Below are positions 10,288 through 18,849 of a DNA stretch of 64,000 nucleotides, piece after piece. The first letter of the stretch is position 1; each line of letters starts with the position of its first letter. The stretch comes from Candidatus Aenigmatarchaeota archaeon (lineage in GTDB: Archaea > Aenigmatarchaeota > Aenigmatarchaeia > QMZP01 > QMZT01): NCBI GenBank assembly GCA_963726265.1, contig CAVSBQ010000002.1, forward strand, positions 192,001 to 256,000, given 5' to 3'. Position numbers and translations under genes: made by a program. The notes under the pieces are model-generated. The model was given only the letters and a program-made list of their open reading frames with translations, was not told the origin of the DNA and searched no databases.

Positions 10288-10551
10288 ATGAAAGAGTTTA
10301 AAGGCATAAAGGAAGTCAAGCATGTCAGCACGGTGATGGAAGAGGTCAAGAAGCAGTCGCTTTCGCTGGTGACTGCGGCGTTCGGTTTCGTGGCGGCGCT
10401 GGTATGGAAGGACGCGATAACGGCATGGATGGCGCCTCTTTACCAGAGCGCGAACGGCGCCATGAGCCTGACCATCGCAGCGTTTGTCGTGACCATCGTC
10501 GTCGTAATCGTGACCATCGTCCTGGCAAAGCTGTTCGCTCCGAAGAAATAA
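10288..10551 (+). CDS. Small two-helix membrane protein (DUF5654-like)
   Basis: LVTAAFGFVAALVWKDAI motif. Confidence 0.7.
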   Translation: MKEFKGIKEVKHVSTVMEEVKKQSLSLVTAAFGFVAALVWKDAITAWMAPLYQSANGAMSLTIAAFVVTIVVVIVTIVLAKLFAPKK

Positions 10552-10671
10552 CGGCAATCAAGCGGGCATTATATGCAGGGAAGCTTGGCTGGATACTGCT
10601 TATTCTGAATTTTCAATTCCAAGTAGCCAAAATTCAAAATCAATTTTATTAGGTCCTGACAAATATTAAGC

Positions 10672-12012
10672 ATGGCTTTGCTCAAGAGCAGGTTCCTGGC
10701 CGAGGACGTGAGGCCCGGCAAGGTTGTCAGCAGGCTGGCCGACCACATTCTCGTCGACGGCTTCCACCTTGTCGTCGATCTGGAACGCTCGCGCGGCAGC
10801 TACATGGTGGACGCGCGCAACGGAAAAAAATACCTCGACATGTACACATACTTCGCCACGCTGCCCATAGGCCATAACCACCCGAAAATGTTCGATAAGG
10901 ATTTCCTGCGCGAGCTGCAGGCTGCGGCGCTTGAGAATCCGGCGAATTCGGATGTTTATACCGAGTCATTCGCCAGCTTTGTCGAAATTTTCACCAAGTA
11001 CGCGAAGCCGCGCCACATGAAACACTTGTTCGTCGTGGCTGGAGGCGCGCTCGCCGTGGAAAACGCCCTGAAGACGGCGATGGACTGGAAGATACGCAAG
11101 AACCTTGCCGCAGGTGTAAAGGGGGAGAAAGGCTCGCAGGTCATGCATTTCAAGGAGGCGTTCCATGGTCGCAGCGGCTATACGCTGTCGCTCACCAACA
11201 CCGCCGAAACCAAGATAAAGTACTTCCCCAAGTTCAAGTGGCCGCGCATCATAAACCCGAAGCTCAGCTTCCCCGTGACGCGCGAAGTCCTCCGCGACGT
11301 GATAAAAACCGAGGAGAAGGCGCTCCACCAGATAAACTCCGCACTGAAGAGGCACGGCAAGGATATATGCGGCCTGATAATAGAGCCTATACAGGGAGAG
11401 GGCGGCGAGAATCATTTCCGCAAGGAGTTCTTCCAGGACCTGGAAGCGGTTTGCAAAAAGAATGACATCATGTTCATCGTCGACGAGGTGCAGACCGGCC
11501 TTGGGGCGACAGGCAAGTGGTGGGCTCACGAGCACTACGGCGTGGAGCCGGACATACTAGCCTTCGGCAAGAAGACGCAGATCTGCGGCATAATGGCGAA
11601 CCCCAAGGTCGATGAGGTGAAGGACAACGTGTTCCACGTTTCCAGCAGAATCAATTCGACATGGGGCGGCAACCTGGTCGACATGGTGCGCGGGAAGCGC
11701 TACATAGAAATTATAGTCGAGGACAGGCTCCTGAAAAACGCCGAAAGGATGGGCAGGTATTTCCTGAAGCGCCTGAACGAGCTTGACGAGAGACGCGACG
11801 ACATCTCCAACGTACGCGGCCTCGGATGCATGCTGGCTTTCGAGATGCCGAACGAAAAGGAGCGCGACAGGTTGAGAATGCGCTGCTGGAAGAACGGCCT
11901 CGCTATCCTCTCTTCGTGGCCCAGGTCAATCCGTTTCCGCCCGCCGCTGACCGTGAACGAGGAAGAGATTGATGAAGCGATGGAGAAACTCGAAAAGTCG
12001 CTGAAAAAATAG
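10672..12012 (+). CDS. lat: L-lysine 6-transaminase (class III aminotransferase)
   Basis: HILVDGF, GALAVENALKTAMDWK, DEVQTG, FGKKTQ, SSRINSTWGGNLVDMVR. Confidence 0.88.
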   Translation: MALLKSRFLAEDVRPGKVVSRLADHILVDGFHLVVDLERSRGSYMVDARNGKKYLDMYTYFATLPIGHNHPKMFDKDFLRELQAAALENPANSDVYTESFASFVEIFTKYAKPRHMKHLFVVAGGALAVENALKTAMDWKIRKNLAAGVKGEKGSQVMHFKEAFHGRSGYTLSLTNTAETKIKYFPKFKWPRIINPKLSFPVTREVLRDVIKTEEKALHQINSALKRHGKDICGLIIEPIQGEGGENHFRKEFFQDLEAVCKKNDIMFIVDEVQTGLGATGKWWAHEHYGVEPDILAFGKKTQICGIMANPKVDEVKDNVFHVSSRINSTWGGNLVDMVRGKRYIEIIVEDRLLKNAERMGRYFLKRLNELDERRDDISNVRGLGCMLAFEMPNEKERDRLRMRCWKNGLAILSSWPRSIRFRPPLTVNEEEIDEAMEKLEKSLKK

Positions 12013-12016
12013 AAAA

Positions 12017-13480
12017 TCATTTCGCTGGTTTGCCTTTCTTCTTCCTGCCTTTCGTTTCGTCTTTTACTTCGGCGTATTCTTCCTCAAGCTTTTTGGACGG
12101 CTCCTTGACGTGCTCGTCCGCGAACTCGTCGAGCTTGACGTCCTTGAATTTTTCATGGAATGCCTGCTTGACCTTTTTGGGGGCCTCTTCCTTTTTCTTT
12201 TCCCATTCTCCCGTTCCTTTCTTCGGTAAAGGCAAATTTACACTCATCTCCTGGACCTTCTTGCTGCCCATCACGAGAGCGACGATGGTAGAGAAAAGGA
12301 TGGAGAACATTATGACCAGGAAGATTATGTTCATTATCTGGTTGCCGGCTGCTACCGCTCCGGCACCGATGAGCGTCGCCGCGACAAGCGGCGCTAAAGC
12401 GGCCTCAGAGTCGCCTTTCGGCGCGATGAAGCTCATGACTAATATGTCTTTCTTCGTGTAGCTACTCCTTTCCTTCCCCAGCAGCGGTATCACGAAGACT
12501 GGCCTGACAAGGAACAGTATGAGGAAGAAAGCGAAGCCGAGGAGAAGCTGGTTCACGTCCAGGATAAGCATCACCTGCGCTCCCAGAAGAGTGAAAATTG
12601 AAATCCTGAGCATCTCGGAAAACTGGTCGTCAAATTTGTTCACCCCTTCCCTCTCCTTTTCCGGAAAGCCGAAATTCCCTGCCATCAGGCCGCAGACTGC
12701 GACCGCGAGTATGCCCGAGCCGCCGACGTTTTCGGCAAGCGCATAAGTTATCAGGGCTATCGCGAAAAGTATGAGCGATGAATATTCGCTGAGCATCCTT
12801 TTCATGAGCTTCGATACCGCCAGGCCGACTACGATGCCTGTCCCGATGCCGGCGACTATCATCAGCCAAAGCTGGCCAGCGTACGCGAGGGGCTGGAATA
12901 ACGCTCCAGGTTCCATCGTCACCATGCCCAGGAAAAGCAGCAGGAACACTGCGGCGAAAGGCGAGTTGAATATCGATTCGACGTTTATCACCGTTAGCGA
13001 ATTCTTGTATTTCGCGAGCGAGTCCTTGAACGTGAGTATTACGCCTGTGCCTGTCCCGCTTATGGTCGCCCCCAGCAGCAGCGCATAAATCGGGTTCATG
13101 CCGAACATTAAGTGCGCGACGAGGCCCGCGAAGGCCGTGTTGAATATCACGCCGACCATCGCCAGGTTGATGGAGATGTTGGAAAACTTCTTGAAGACAC
13201 TCAAGCGCAGGTTGAACATCGCGACAAAGACGGTCAGTATGATGGCAAGCGTCCTCAGGAAGTCGGGTATCGCGCCCATCGCGCTCACGTCGACCAGCGT
13301 CAGGTTCACGTACTGCTGGACCGCCGGGTTCATGAAAACGGTCGGGCCCAGCACGAGGCCGAGCAGGAGCAGGAAGAAGGCGTCAGGTATCTTCCTTTTT
13401 TTCATCAGGTTCGCTATTATGACGCCGAAGCCGAGAAGGAAGGCGAAATAAGTGACGGTCAGCGTGAGGTCGAAGGCCAT
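12017..13480 (-). CDS. Cation:proton antiporter (NhaP/CPA1 family)
   Basis: About 12 TM helices, VESIFNSP, GGSGILAV, APKG; charged C-terminal tail. Confidence 0.85.
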   Translation of the reverse strand: MAFDLTLTVTYFAFLLGFGVIIANLMKKRKIPDAFFLLLLGLVLGPTVFMNPAVQQYVNLTLVDVSAMGAIPDFLRTLAIILTVFVAMFNLRLSVFKKFSNISINLAMVGVIFNTAFAGLVAHLMFGMNPIYALLLGATISGTGTGVILTFKDSLAKYKNSLTVINVESIFNSPFAAVFLLLFLGMVTMEPGALFQPLAYAGQLWLMIVAGIGTGIVVGLAVSKLMKRMLSEYSSLILFAIALITYALAENVGGSGILAVAVCGLMAGNFGFPEKEREGVNKFDDQFSEMLRISIFTLLGAQVMLILDVNQLLLGFAFFLILFLVRPVFVIPLLGKERSSYTKKDILVMSFIAPKGDSEAALAPLVAATLIGAGAVAAGNQIMNIIFLVIMFSILFSTIVALVMGSKKVQEMSVNLPLPKKGTGEWEKKKEEAPKKVKQAFHEKFKDVKLDEFADEHVKEPSKKLEEEYAEVKDETKGRKKKGKPAK

Positions 13481-13528
13481 GTTTATAATTTGGAAGGGTT
13501 AAATAAATCTTTTTGCGAAGAATAGAGC

Positions 13529-14491
13529 ATGAAGCTGAAAATGGACGGGAAAACAGATAAACAGCTGAGGAAAGCGAAATACGGCGTGTTCAACCACTCT
13601 GCCGTCCAGATATGCGCGTGGACCAAGAGAAGCCTGCATAACGACGGCGTATGCTACAAGCAGAAATTCTACGGCATCCCCACGCATCGCTGCATGGAGT
13701 TCTCGCCGGCTGCGGCGTTCTGCGAGAACAACTGCGTCTTCTGTTGGAGGCCGACGGAGTTCATGCGCTTCAGGCGCATGAAAGCGAAGGAAGCGGATGA
13801 GCCGGAAACCATATATGAGAATCTGATAACGGAGCGGAGAAAACTGCTGTCCGGTTTCCCGGGCGACGGCAATACGGACATGAAGAAACACGCTGAAGCC
13901 ATGCTTCCCATCCATTTCGCCATCTCGCTTTCAGGCGAGCCGACTTTGTATCCCAAGCTCCCGCAACTGGTCAAATTCCTTAAGGCGCTGCCGCAGACGA
14001 AATCCGTTTTCATCGTCACGAACGGTCAGGAACCTGATGCGCTGGTCAAGCTGGCGCACTCGCCTCCAACTCAGCTTTACATCTCGGTTAACGCGCCTGA
14101 CAGGACGCTATTCAAGCGCATAAACTGCCCGGTGTATAAGGACGCATGGGACAGGTTTTTGAAATCGCTCGGAATCCTCAGTCGGATGAAAACGAGGCGT
14201 ATCCTGCGAATGACGATGATAAAGGGCATGAACATGGATGCCAAGTTCATAAGCGGCTACGCTTCGCTGATTCGCAGGGCGAAGCCGCACTTCGTCGAGG
14301 TGAAGGCATACATGTGGATCGGCTTCTCGCAAAGGCGCCTGAAAAAGGAGAACATGCCATTCCACAAGGACGTCCGCGCCTTCGCGGAAAAACTGGCGAA
14401 AGAGATTGATTTCGAGATAACCAACGAGACGACCGATTCCAGGGTCGTGCTGCTGAAGGCGAAAAGCCCGCACATCAGGACACTTATTTAA
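13529..14491 (+). CDS. taw1: 4-demethylwyosine synthase (radical SAM)
   Basis: CYKQKFYGI, CENNCVFCWR, HFAISLSGEPTLY, VEVKAYM. Confidence 0.95.
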   Translation: MKLKMDGKTDKQLRKAKYGVFNHSAVQICAWTKRSLHNDGVCYKQKFYGIPTHRCMEFSPAAAFCENNCVFCWRPTEFMRFRRMKAKEADEPETIYENLITERRKLLSGFPGDGNTDMKKHAEAMLPIHFAISLSGEPTLYPKLPQLVKFLKALPQTKSVFIVTNGQEPDALVKLAHSPPTQLYISVNAPDRTLFKRINCPVYKDAWDRFLKSLGILSRMKTRRILRMTMIKGMNMDAKFISGYASLIRRAKPHFVEVKAYMWIGFSQRRLKKENMPFHKDVRAFAEKLAKEIDFEITNETTDSRVVLLKAKSPHIRTLI

Positions 14492-14514
14492 AAACGGTTT
14501 TCCAATATTGACAC

Positions 14515-15015
14515 ATGAATAAAAAAATGGCAGCGGCCAACTATCTCGGAATTGTCCTGATAATTCTCAGCATAGCGCTTTTCTTCATAATGTTCAACTT
14601 CTCAAACGAGATGCTGCAGCTCATAGACAGCGAGCACGGCGGCTCGTGCTCGACATACGAGGGCTGCCCGCACGTCGCGGTTCTGAACCAGGCATACATG
14701 GGCTACGGCCTTTCCGCGATAATCTTCGTGATAGGCGTTTTCCTTTTTTTCTACGGCGGCAGGCCTGCTGTGAGCGAGACGGGCATAAGCGGCAACAAAA
14801 AGAAGTGGGAAGATAACACCAAGACCCTGACAGGCGACGAGAGGAAGGTCTACGAAACCATAATGGCCGCGAACGGCGTGATGTTCCAGAGCGAGCTCGT
14901 CGAAAAGTCAGGCTTTCCCAAGGCGAAGGTGTCGCGCATCCTTGACAGGCTCGAGGCGGGCGGACTCGCCGAGCGGAAACGACGTGGAATGGCGAACGCA
15001 ATCGTGCTCAAGTAG
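14515..15015 (+). CDS. Membrane-anchored winged-HTH transcriptional regulator
   Basis: Two TM helices, then LTGDERKVY...QSELVEKSGFPKAKVSRILDRLE..GL.ERKRRGMAN. Confidence 0.8.
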   Translation: MNKKMAAANYLGIVLIILSIALFFIMFNFSNEMLQLIDSEHGGSCSTYEGCPHVAVLNQAYMGYGLSAIIFVIGVFLFFYGGRPAVSETGISGNKKKWEDNTKTLTGDERKVYETIMAANGVMFQSELVEKSGFPKAKVSRILDRLEAGGLAERKRRGMANAIVLK

Positions 15016-15034
15016 CCCTGAAGGATTCTGTTTT

Positions 15035-15080
15035 TGAAACCGGCCTGAAACTAGGGCGACCGATGCTGAAACCAGTTTCA
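15035..15080. promoter_or_regulatory. Candidate operator: TGAAACCAGTTTCA palindrome plus two TGAAAC half-sites
   Basis: Palindrome at 15067-15080, half-sites at 15035 and 15046; same motif recurs at 54479-54492. Confidence 0.6.
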
Positions 15081-15118
15081 CACAAGGGATTATATGCCGT
15101 TCCAGCCAAGAAAGGAGC

Positions 15119-15319
15119 ATGAAATGCATCGTTTGCGGAAACCCCCTCACGAGCTATGCGCTGATAGGCAAAAAGAAGGATATGAAAGTTGCCTTCTGCG
15201 CAGGGCATCTTCCCGACTGTGCGGCATGCGACTCGTGCGATCTGCGCTGCATAAGCTGCGGGAAGGAGATTGAACTGGAGGGCTCGGCAGATGGGAAAGC
15301 AAAAGGAGCGATAACATGA
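15119..15319 (+). CDS. Small Cys-rich (metal-binding) protein
   Basis: AAGGAG RBS; CIVC, CAGH, CAACDSC, CISC. Confidence 0.65.
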   Translation: MKCIVCGNPLTSYALIGKKKDMKVAFCAGHLPDCAACDSCDLRCISCGKEIELEGSADGKAKGAIT

Positions 15320-15561
15320 AAGGAGTGACGAAACTGGCAATGGCCTTCGCAGTGCTTGCCGTCGTGACGGCAGCGCTCTTCGTGACCGCGCAGCCGATAA
15401 AGGCGGATGTCGCCTCACCGGCAAACAGCCTTACAGGCGAAACGGTCAACGAAAATAGCGCTTCGTCTGCGAGCGGCAGCTGCGGCGGTGCCGGCGGCTG
15501 CAAGGCGGCTTGCGGCTGCGGATGCGGCGGAAACCCCAACCTTTGCGGATGCGGCCGATAG
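15316..15561 (+). CDS. Small secreted protein with Cys/Gly-rich tail
   Basis: Signal-peptide-like N-terminus; tail SCGGAGGCKAACGCGCGGNPNLCGCGR; AAGGAG RBS; ATGA overlap. Confidence 0.7.
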   Translation: MKGVTKLAMAFAVLAVVTAALFVTAQPIKADVASPANSLTGETVNENSASSASGSCGGAGGCKAACGCGCGGNPNLCGCGR

Positions 15562-15680
15562 GCCGCCCGCCCTTTTTTATTCAGAAAGGGGCAAATGGCG
15601 AAAAACGATTATTAGGGAGAAAACGAAATATTCAATAAGGCTTAAAAACCTGGCTGACAGAAGAATATAATTTGATAATT

Positions 15681-16610
15681 ATGATATGCATAATAGCGCT
15701 CGTGGTCTTCAGCGTGCTCGGAATTTTCAGCGCCAAATACAGGACCATCGCCAAGGAAGCGTTTGACTGCGTCTTCAAACGGCTGACCCTTCGAAAATGC
15801 ACGACTGGCCTTGACAAGCGCCTGAAGTCCCAGATAACCGGCAATATCATGCGACGCCATCCGAGATTCGGAGCGGCGGTATACAGGCATTTCGAGGCGA
15901 TATCGTGGGCTTTCACCATAGCCATGATACTGAGCCTCGGCTACTCGGCATACAGCATAGGCAATCTTTTTGTTTACGGCAACTGCAACGGCCCGATACC
16001 CGATGCCTTCTGCGTCTTCGATCCGCTGATTCACGGAGGGACGCAGGACCAGTGCACCGTAGAGGGAGCGAAGCGCGAGATAATAGGCGTTCTCAACGTC
16101 ACTGCGAACGACCCGGCCATTGGGCCAGACACGGCGAAAGTCACTATAATTGAAGCAGGCTGTTTCGTCTGCCCTTACACAAAGCAGGCCGTGCCCACGA
16201 TGCAGCAAATAATATCTTATTACGGCGACAGGATACGCTTCGTCTACAAGGACTTCCCGCTCAGCTCGTCACATTCAGGTGCGCAGGAGGCGGCCGAAGC
16301 TTCGCACTGCGCGCGCGAGCAGGGCGAATACTGGGAATACTTCGATCTCCTGTTCGATAACCAGGGCAAGACCAGCAACGACGACCTTATCGGCTACGCC
16401 AGCCAGCTCAATCTTGATACTGCGCAGTTCTCCGAATGCCTTTCGACGCACAAATACAAGGCGAAGGTCGACGCGGACTTCGCAGAGGGATTCAAGATAG
16501 GCATCTACGGCACGCCGACGTTCTTCATAAACGAGCAGGTCGTGGTCGGGCCGAAGAACTTTGATGAGTTTAAACAGATAATAGACGGCGAGCTGGCAAA
16601 AGGCGGTTAA
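15681..16610 (+). CDS. Membrane-anchored DsbA/thioredoxin-fold protein
   Basis: CPYT, FVYKDFPL, AAEASHCA.EQG.YW, GIYGTPTFFIN. Confidence 0.85.
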   Translation: MICIIALVVFSVLGIFSAKYRTIAKEAFDCVFKRLTLRKCTTGLDKRLKSQITGNIMRRHPRFGAAVYRHFEAISWAFTIAMILSLGYSAYSIGNLFVYGNCNGPIPDAFCVFDPLIHGGTQDQCTVEGAKREIIGVLNVTANDPAIGPDTAKVTIIEAGCFVCPYTKQAVPTMQQIISYYGDRIRFVYKDFPLSSSHSGAQEAAEASHCAREQGEYWEYFDLLFDNQGKTSNDDLIGYASQLNLDTAQFSECLSTHKYKAKVDADFAEGFKIGIYGTPTFFINEQVVVGPKNFDEFKQIIDGELAKGG

Positions 16611-17668
16611 TCCTGTCTGATTAACTGGCTTATCTCTTTGGCCATCCCTTCACTGATGTTATAGCTGTTCGCCCATTTCGCATGCGCACTCCACCCATGA
16701 AAGCTTCTGGCAAGCTCATCGTAGTCCATTTTCCCGCGGGCGAAGAGCGCTATCCTGCCTCTCATTTTTCTTATGCTTCTTTTTCTTAGAAGCCTGAAAT
16801 GATAGAAATTCCTGAAGCCCACGAAGTCGACGCCTCTCGATAACGGAATCACCCTTGATTTCTCGGGATGAAGTTCAAGTTTCAATTCATCTTTCAGGAA
16901 TCCGTTAATCTGCTTCTTCCATTTCTCAAGTCGCGATTTTGATGTATGCAGGATTACAAAATCGTCGACGTATCTTATGTAATGCTTTGCCTTTAACCCA
17001 TGTTTTATGAAATAGTCCATTTCATTGAGATAGACATTGGCGAAGAACTGCGAGGTCAGGTTGCCGAGAGGCATGCCCTTGCCTTTTGTTTCGCCGGGAT
17101 GGTTTTCCAGAATCCGTTCAACCAGCCATATTATCCTTTCGTCCTTTATTCTTTTTCCGATTATTCCTGCCAGAATTTTATGGTCGACCTCCCGAAAATA
17201 GTGCCTTATGTCCGCTTTCAGGCAATAGCCCCGAACATAGTTCTTATCGCCGAAATTGTTCGGCAGAACCCTGCCGTTTCCCGAAACCTTTCTCTTGAAT
17301 TTGTCAAAGCGCTTTATGGCGAACAGGTTTCCTTTGCCTTTTCTGTTCGCGCAGGAATCGTAAATGAAAGTTCTGTCGAAAAGCGGCTCTATGATGTTGC
17401 ACAGCGCATGATGGACTATCCTGTCCCTGAAATCCGATTTTGATATTTTTCTCGTCTTCGGGTCATGGAGGATGAAGGTTTTCAGCGGCAGGGGCTTGTA
17501 AGTCTGATTTTTCAGTTTTTCTCGAAGTTTAAGCAAGTTGCCAGCCAAGTCCCTTTCAAATTCGATGACATAGCGCCTTTTTGTCTTGCTCTTTCTCGCC
17601 TTGCTCCACGCAAGAACCAGATTGTCCATCGAATAGACCCGTTCGTAAAGGTTTTTGCAGGTTTTCAT
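16607..17668 (-). CDS. DGR reverse transcriptase
   Basis: DPKTRKI, FRDRIVHHA, SCANRKGKG, LKADIRHYF, GMPLGNLTSQFFANVYL, YIRYVDDF, GVDFVGF; start placed at MKTCKN (17668; 17686 possible) because the longer ORF reads through the TR. Confidence 0.95.
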   Translation of the reverse strand: MKTCKNLYERVYSMDNLVLAWSKARKSKTKRRYVIEFERDLAGNLLKLREKLKNQTYKPLPLKTFILHDPKTRKISKSDFRDRIVHHALCNIIEPLFDRTFIYDSCANRKGKGNLFAIKRFDKFKRKVSGNGRVLPNNFGDKNYVRGYCLKADIRHYFREVDHKILAGIIGKRIKDERIIWLVERILENHPGETKGKGMPLGNLTSQFFANVYLNEMDYFIKHGLKAKHYIRYVDDFVILHTSKSRLEKWKKQINGFLKDELKLELHPEKSRVIPLSRGVDFVGFRNFYHFRLLRKRSIRKMRGRIALFARGKMDYDELARSFHGWSAHAKWANSYNISEGMAKEISQLIRQD

Positions 17669-17675
17669 ATCAGAA

Positions 17676-17936
17676 TGTCTTGGCATAATCCGGGCTATTC
17701 CAACGAAACGGCCATTGCTGTTGAGGTCGTTGTTGCCGTTGAGACCATTGTTGTAGTCGTTGCCAACGTACAGCAGACGGCCGTTTAGTAGCTCTTTTAC
17801 CGAATGCAACACCGCCGCTTCATATTTCGGCAAAGCCTACTTAATGTCGTGGCTGAATTTCATGCCCGCCTGTTGCAGGGCTATAAAAGAGCGTGTAGCC
17901 CGGACATCGCCCTGATTTCAGGGCAATGCCAAGACA
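17676..17936 (-). ncRNA. Putative structured TR-containing DGR RNA
   Basis: Nested inverted repeats of 11, 9, 9 and 7 bp enclose the TR; TATA-like TTTTATAA about 20-25 nt upstream (17958-17965). Confidence 0.65.
17696..17784 (-). repeat. DGR template repeat (TR)
   Basis: Minus strand acggccgtctgctgtacgttggcaacgactacaacaatggtctcaacggcaacaacgacctcaacagcaatggccgtttcgttggaata; AAC-rich. Confidence 0.95.
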
Positions 17937-17986
17937 AAAATAGTATGATTAGGCGGCTTATAAAATTTGTTCATACGACGCGTTTA

Positions 17987-18697
17987 CTATTTTTCACGTA
18001 CCCCAACGAAACGGCCACCGCTGCCGAGGCCGCCGCCGCCGAGACCATCGTAGCCGCTGCCAACGAACAGCAGACGGCCGTGTGGTTCGTTCGGTTTGGT
18101 GGATAAATCGTCAGAATACCAGATGCTTATCCTATCTCCCTTGACTTTTTTGTGTCTCTCCAAATATCTTTCAGCTCTTTCCTTCCCGCCGAGGAATGGT
18201 TTTGTCTGCGGATGCGTCAGCGCCTGGCCAACAGGAATTATTCCTCTCTGAGAATTCATCAAAGCATCATGTCCGATTGCAAAGACTTCTTCGTCATCTG
18301 CCATGTCCAGAAGCCTTTGAAACTCTTTCTGGGGCATTATCCCGGCGCCGTTGACCAGTCCTTTATTTATGGCTTCCATTATGTTTTTTGGTTTATAAAA
18401 ATGAGTAGGAACGTGAGCATAAACGACGAATTCCGTTCCGCCTTTATGGGACGCGTTTGTTGATGCTCCTCTTCCTGCCACCCTCACGCTGGGGCTATCA
18501 AACCAAACCTGCCAGATTCTGTCCCCCTTGTCTGCCGCAATTCTCGCCTCGGCGATTTCCGGCATGAACAACGGCCTGTACGCCGTGTTTAGACATTCTT
18601 TCAGCGCGTCTGGAATGCCATAATTGCGTCCGCTTGTTTCACGATAAAATTCCCTTGCCGTTGTTCTGATGTTTATGGGGAACGTGTTTTCTGCCAT
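17987..18697 (-). CDS. DGR target protein with C-terminal variable region
   Basis: C-terminus GRLLFVGSGYDGLGGGGLGSGGRFVGVREK is encoded by the VR; no signal peptide. Confidence 0.92.
   Translation of the reverse strand: MAENTFPINIRTTAREFYRETSGRNYGIPDALKECLNTAYRPLFMPEIAEARIAADKGDRIWQVWFDSPSVRVAGRGASTNASHKGGTEFVVYAHVPTHFYKPKNIMEAINKGLVNGAGIMPQKEFQRLLDMADDEEVFAIGHDALMNSQRGIIPVGQALTHPQTKPFLGGKERAERYLERHKKVKGDRISIWYSDDLSTKPNEPHGRLLFVGSGYDGLGGGGLGSGGRFVGVREK
17999..18081 (-). repeat. DGR variable repeat (VR)
   Basis: Aligns to TR with 15 substitutions, all at TR adenines, plus two 3-nt deletions. Confidence 0.95.
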
Positions 18698-18798
18698 GCT
18701 TTTTATATGAAGATAAGCTTTATAAACCTTTGGTTTGTTGCCACCGAAGAGATGTAAATTAACGATAATCAGTGACCAACCAGTGGCAAAGATTTATA

Positions 18799-18836
18799 TA
18801 TTACTTTTTGTAATAATATTATTACATAAAGTAATA
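18799..18836. promoter_or_regulatory. 38-bp near-perfect palindrome abutting the TATA box of the MNT-HEPN operon
   Basis: tattactttttgtaataat|attattacataaagtaata, one mismatched pair; two TTAC-N5-GTAA units. Confidence 0.65.
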
Positions 18837-18849
18837 ATTAGGGGGATTT

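Larger units (their letters stand above)
16607..18697 (-). mobile_element. Diversity-generating retroelement cassette (target/VR - TR - RT), no avd detected
   Basis: DGR-type RT plus a TR/VR pair whose substitutions all fall at TR adenines. Confidence 0.95.

Noticed and set aside
16607..17668. RT as a group II intron or retron
   Set aside because: GxPLGNLTSQ motif, short length without maturase or endonuclease domains, and an adenine-specific TR/VR pair identify a DGR
17669..17833. 55-aa Asn-rich N-terminal extension of the RT in the ORF track
   Set aside because: It is the TR read in frame from a TTG; the RT-like sequence begins at MKTCKNLY, so the extension is probably not translated
17804..18106. 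100-aa plus-strand ORF as a possible Avd
   Set aside because: Antisense to the cassette, overlaps the VR and has no Avd-like features
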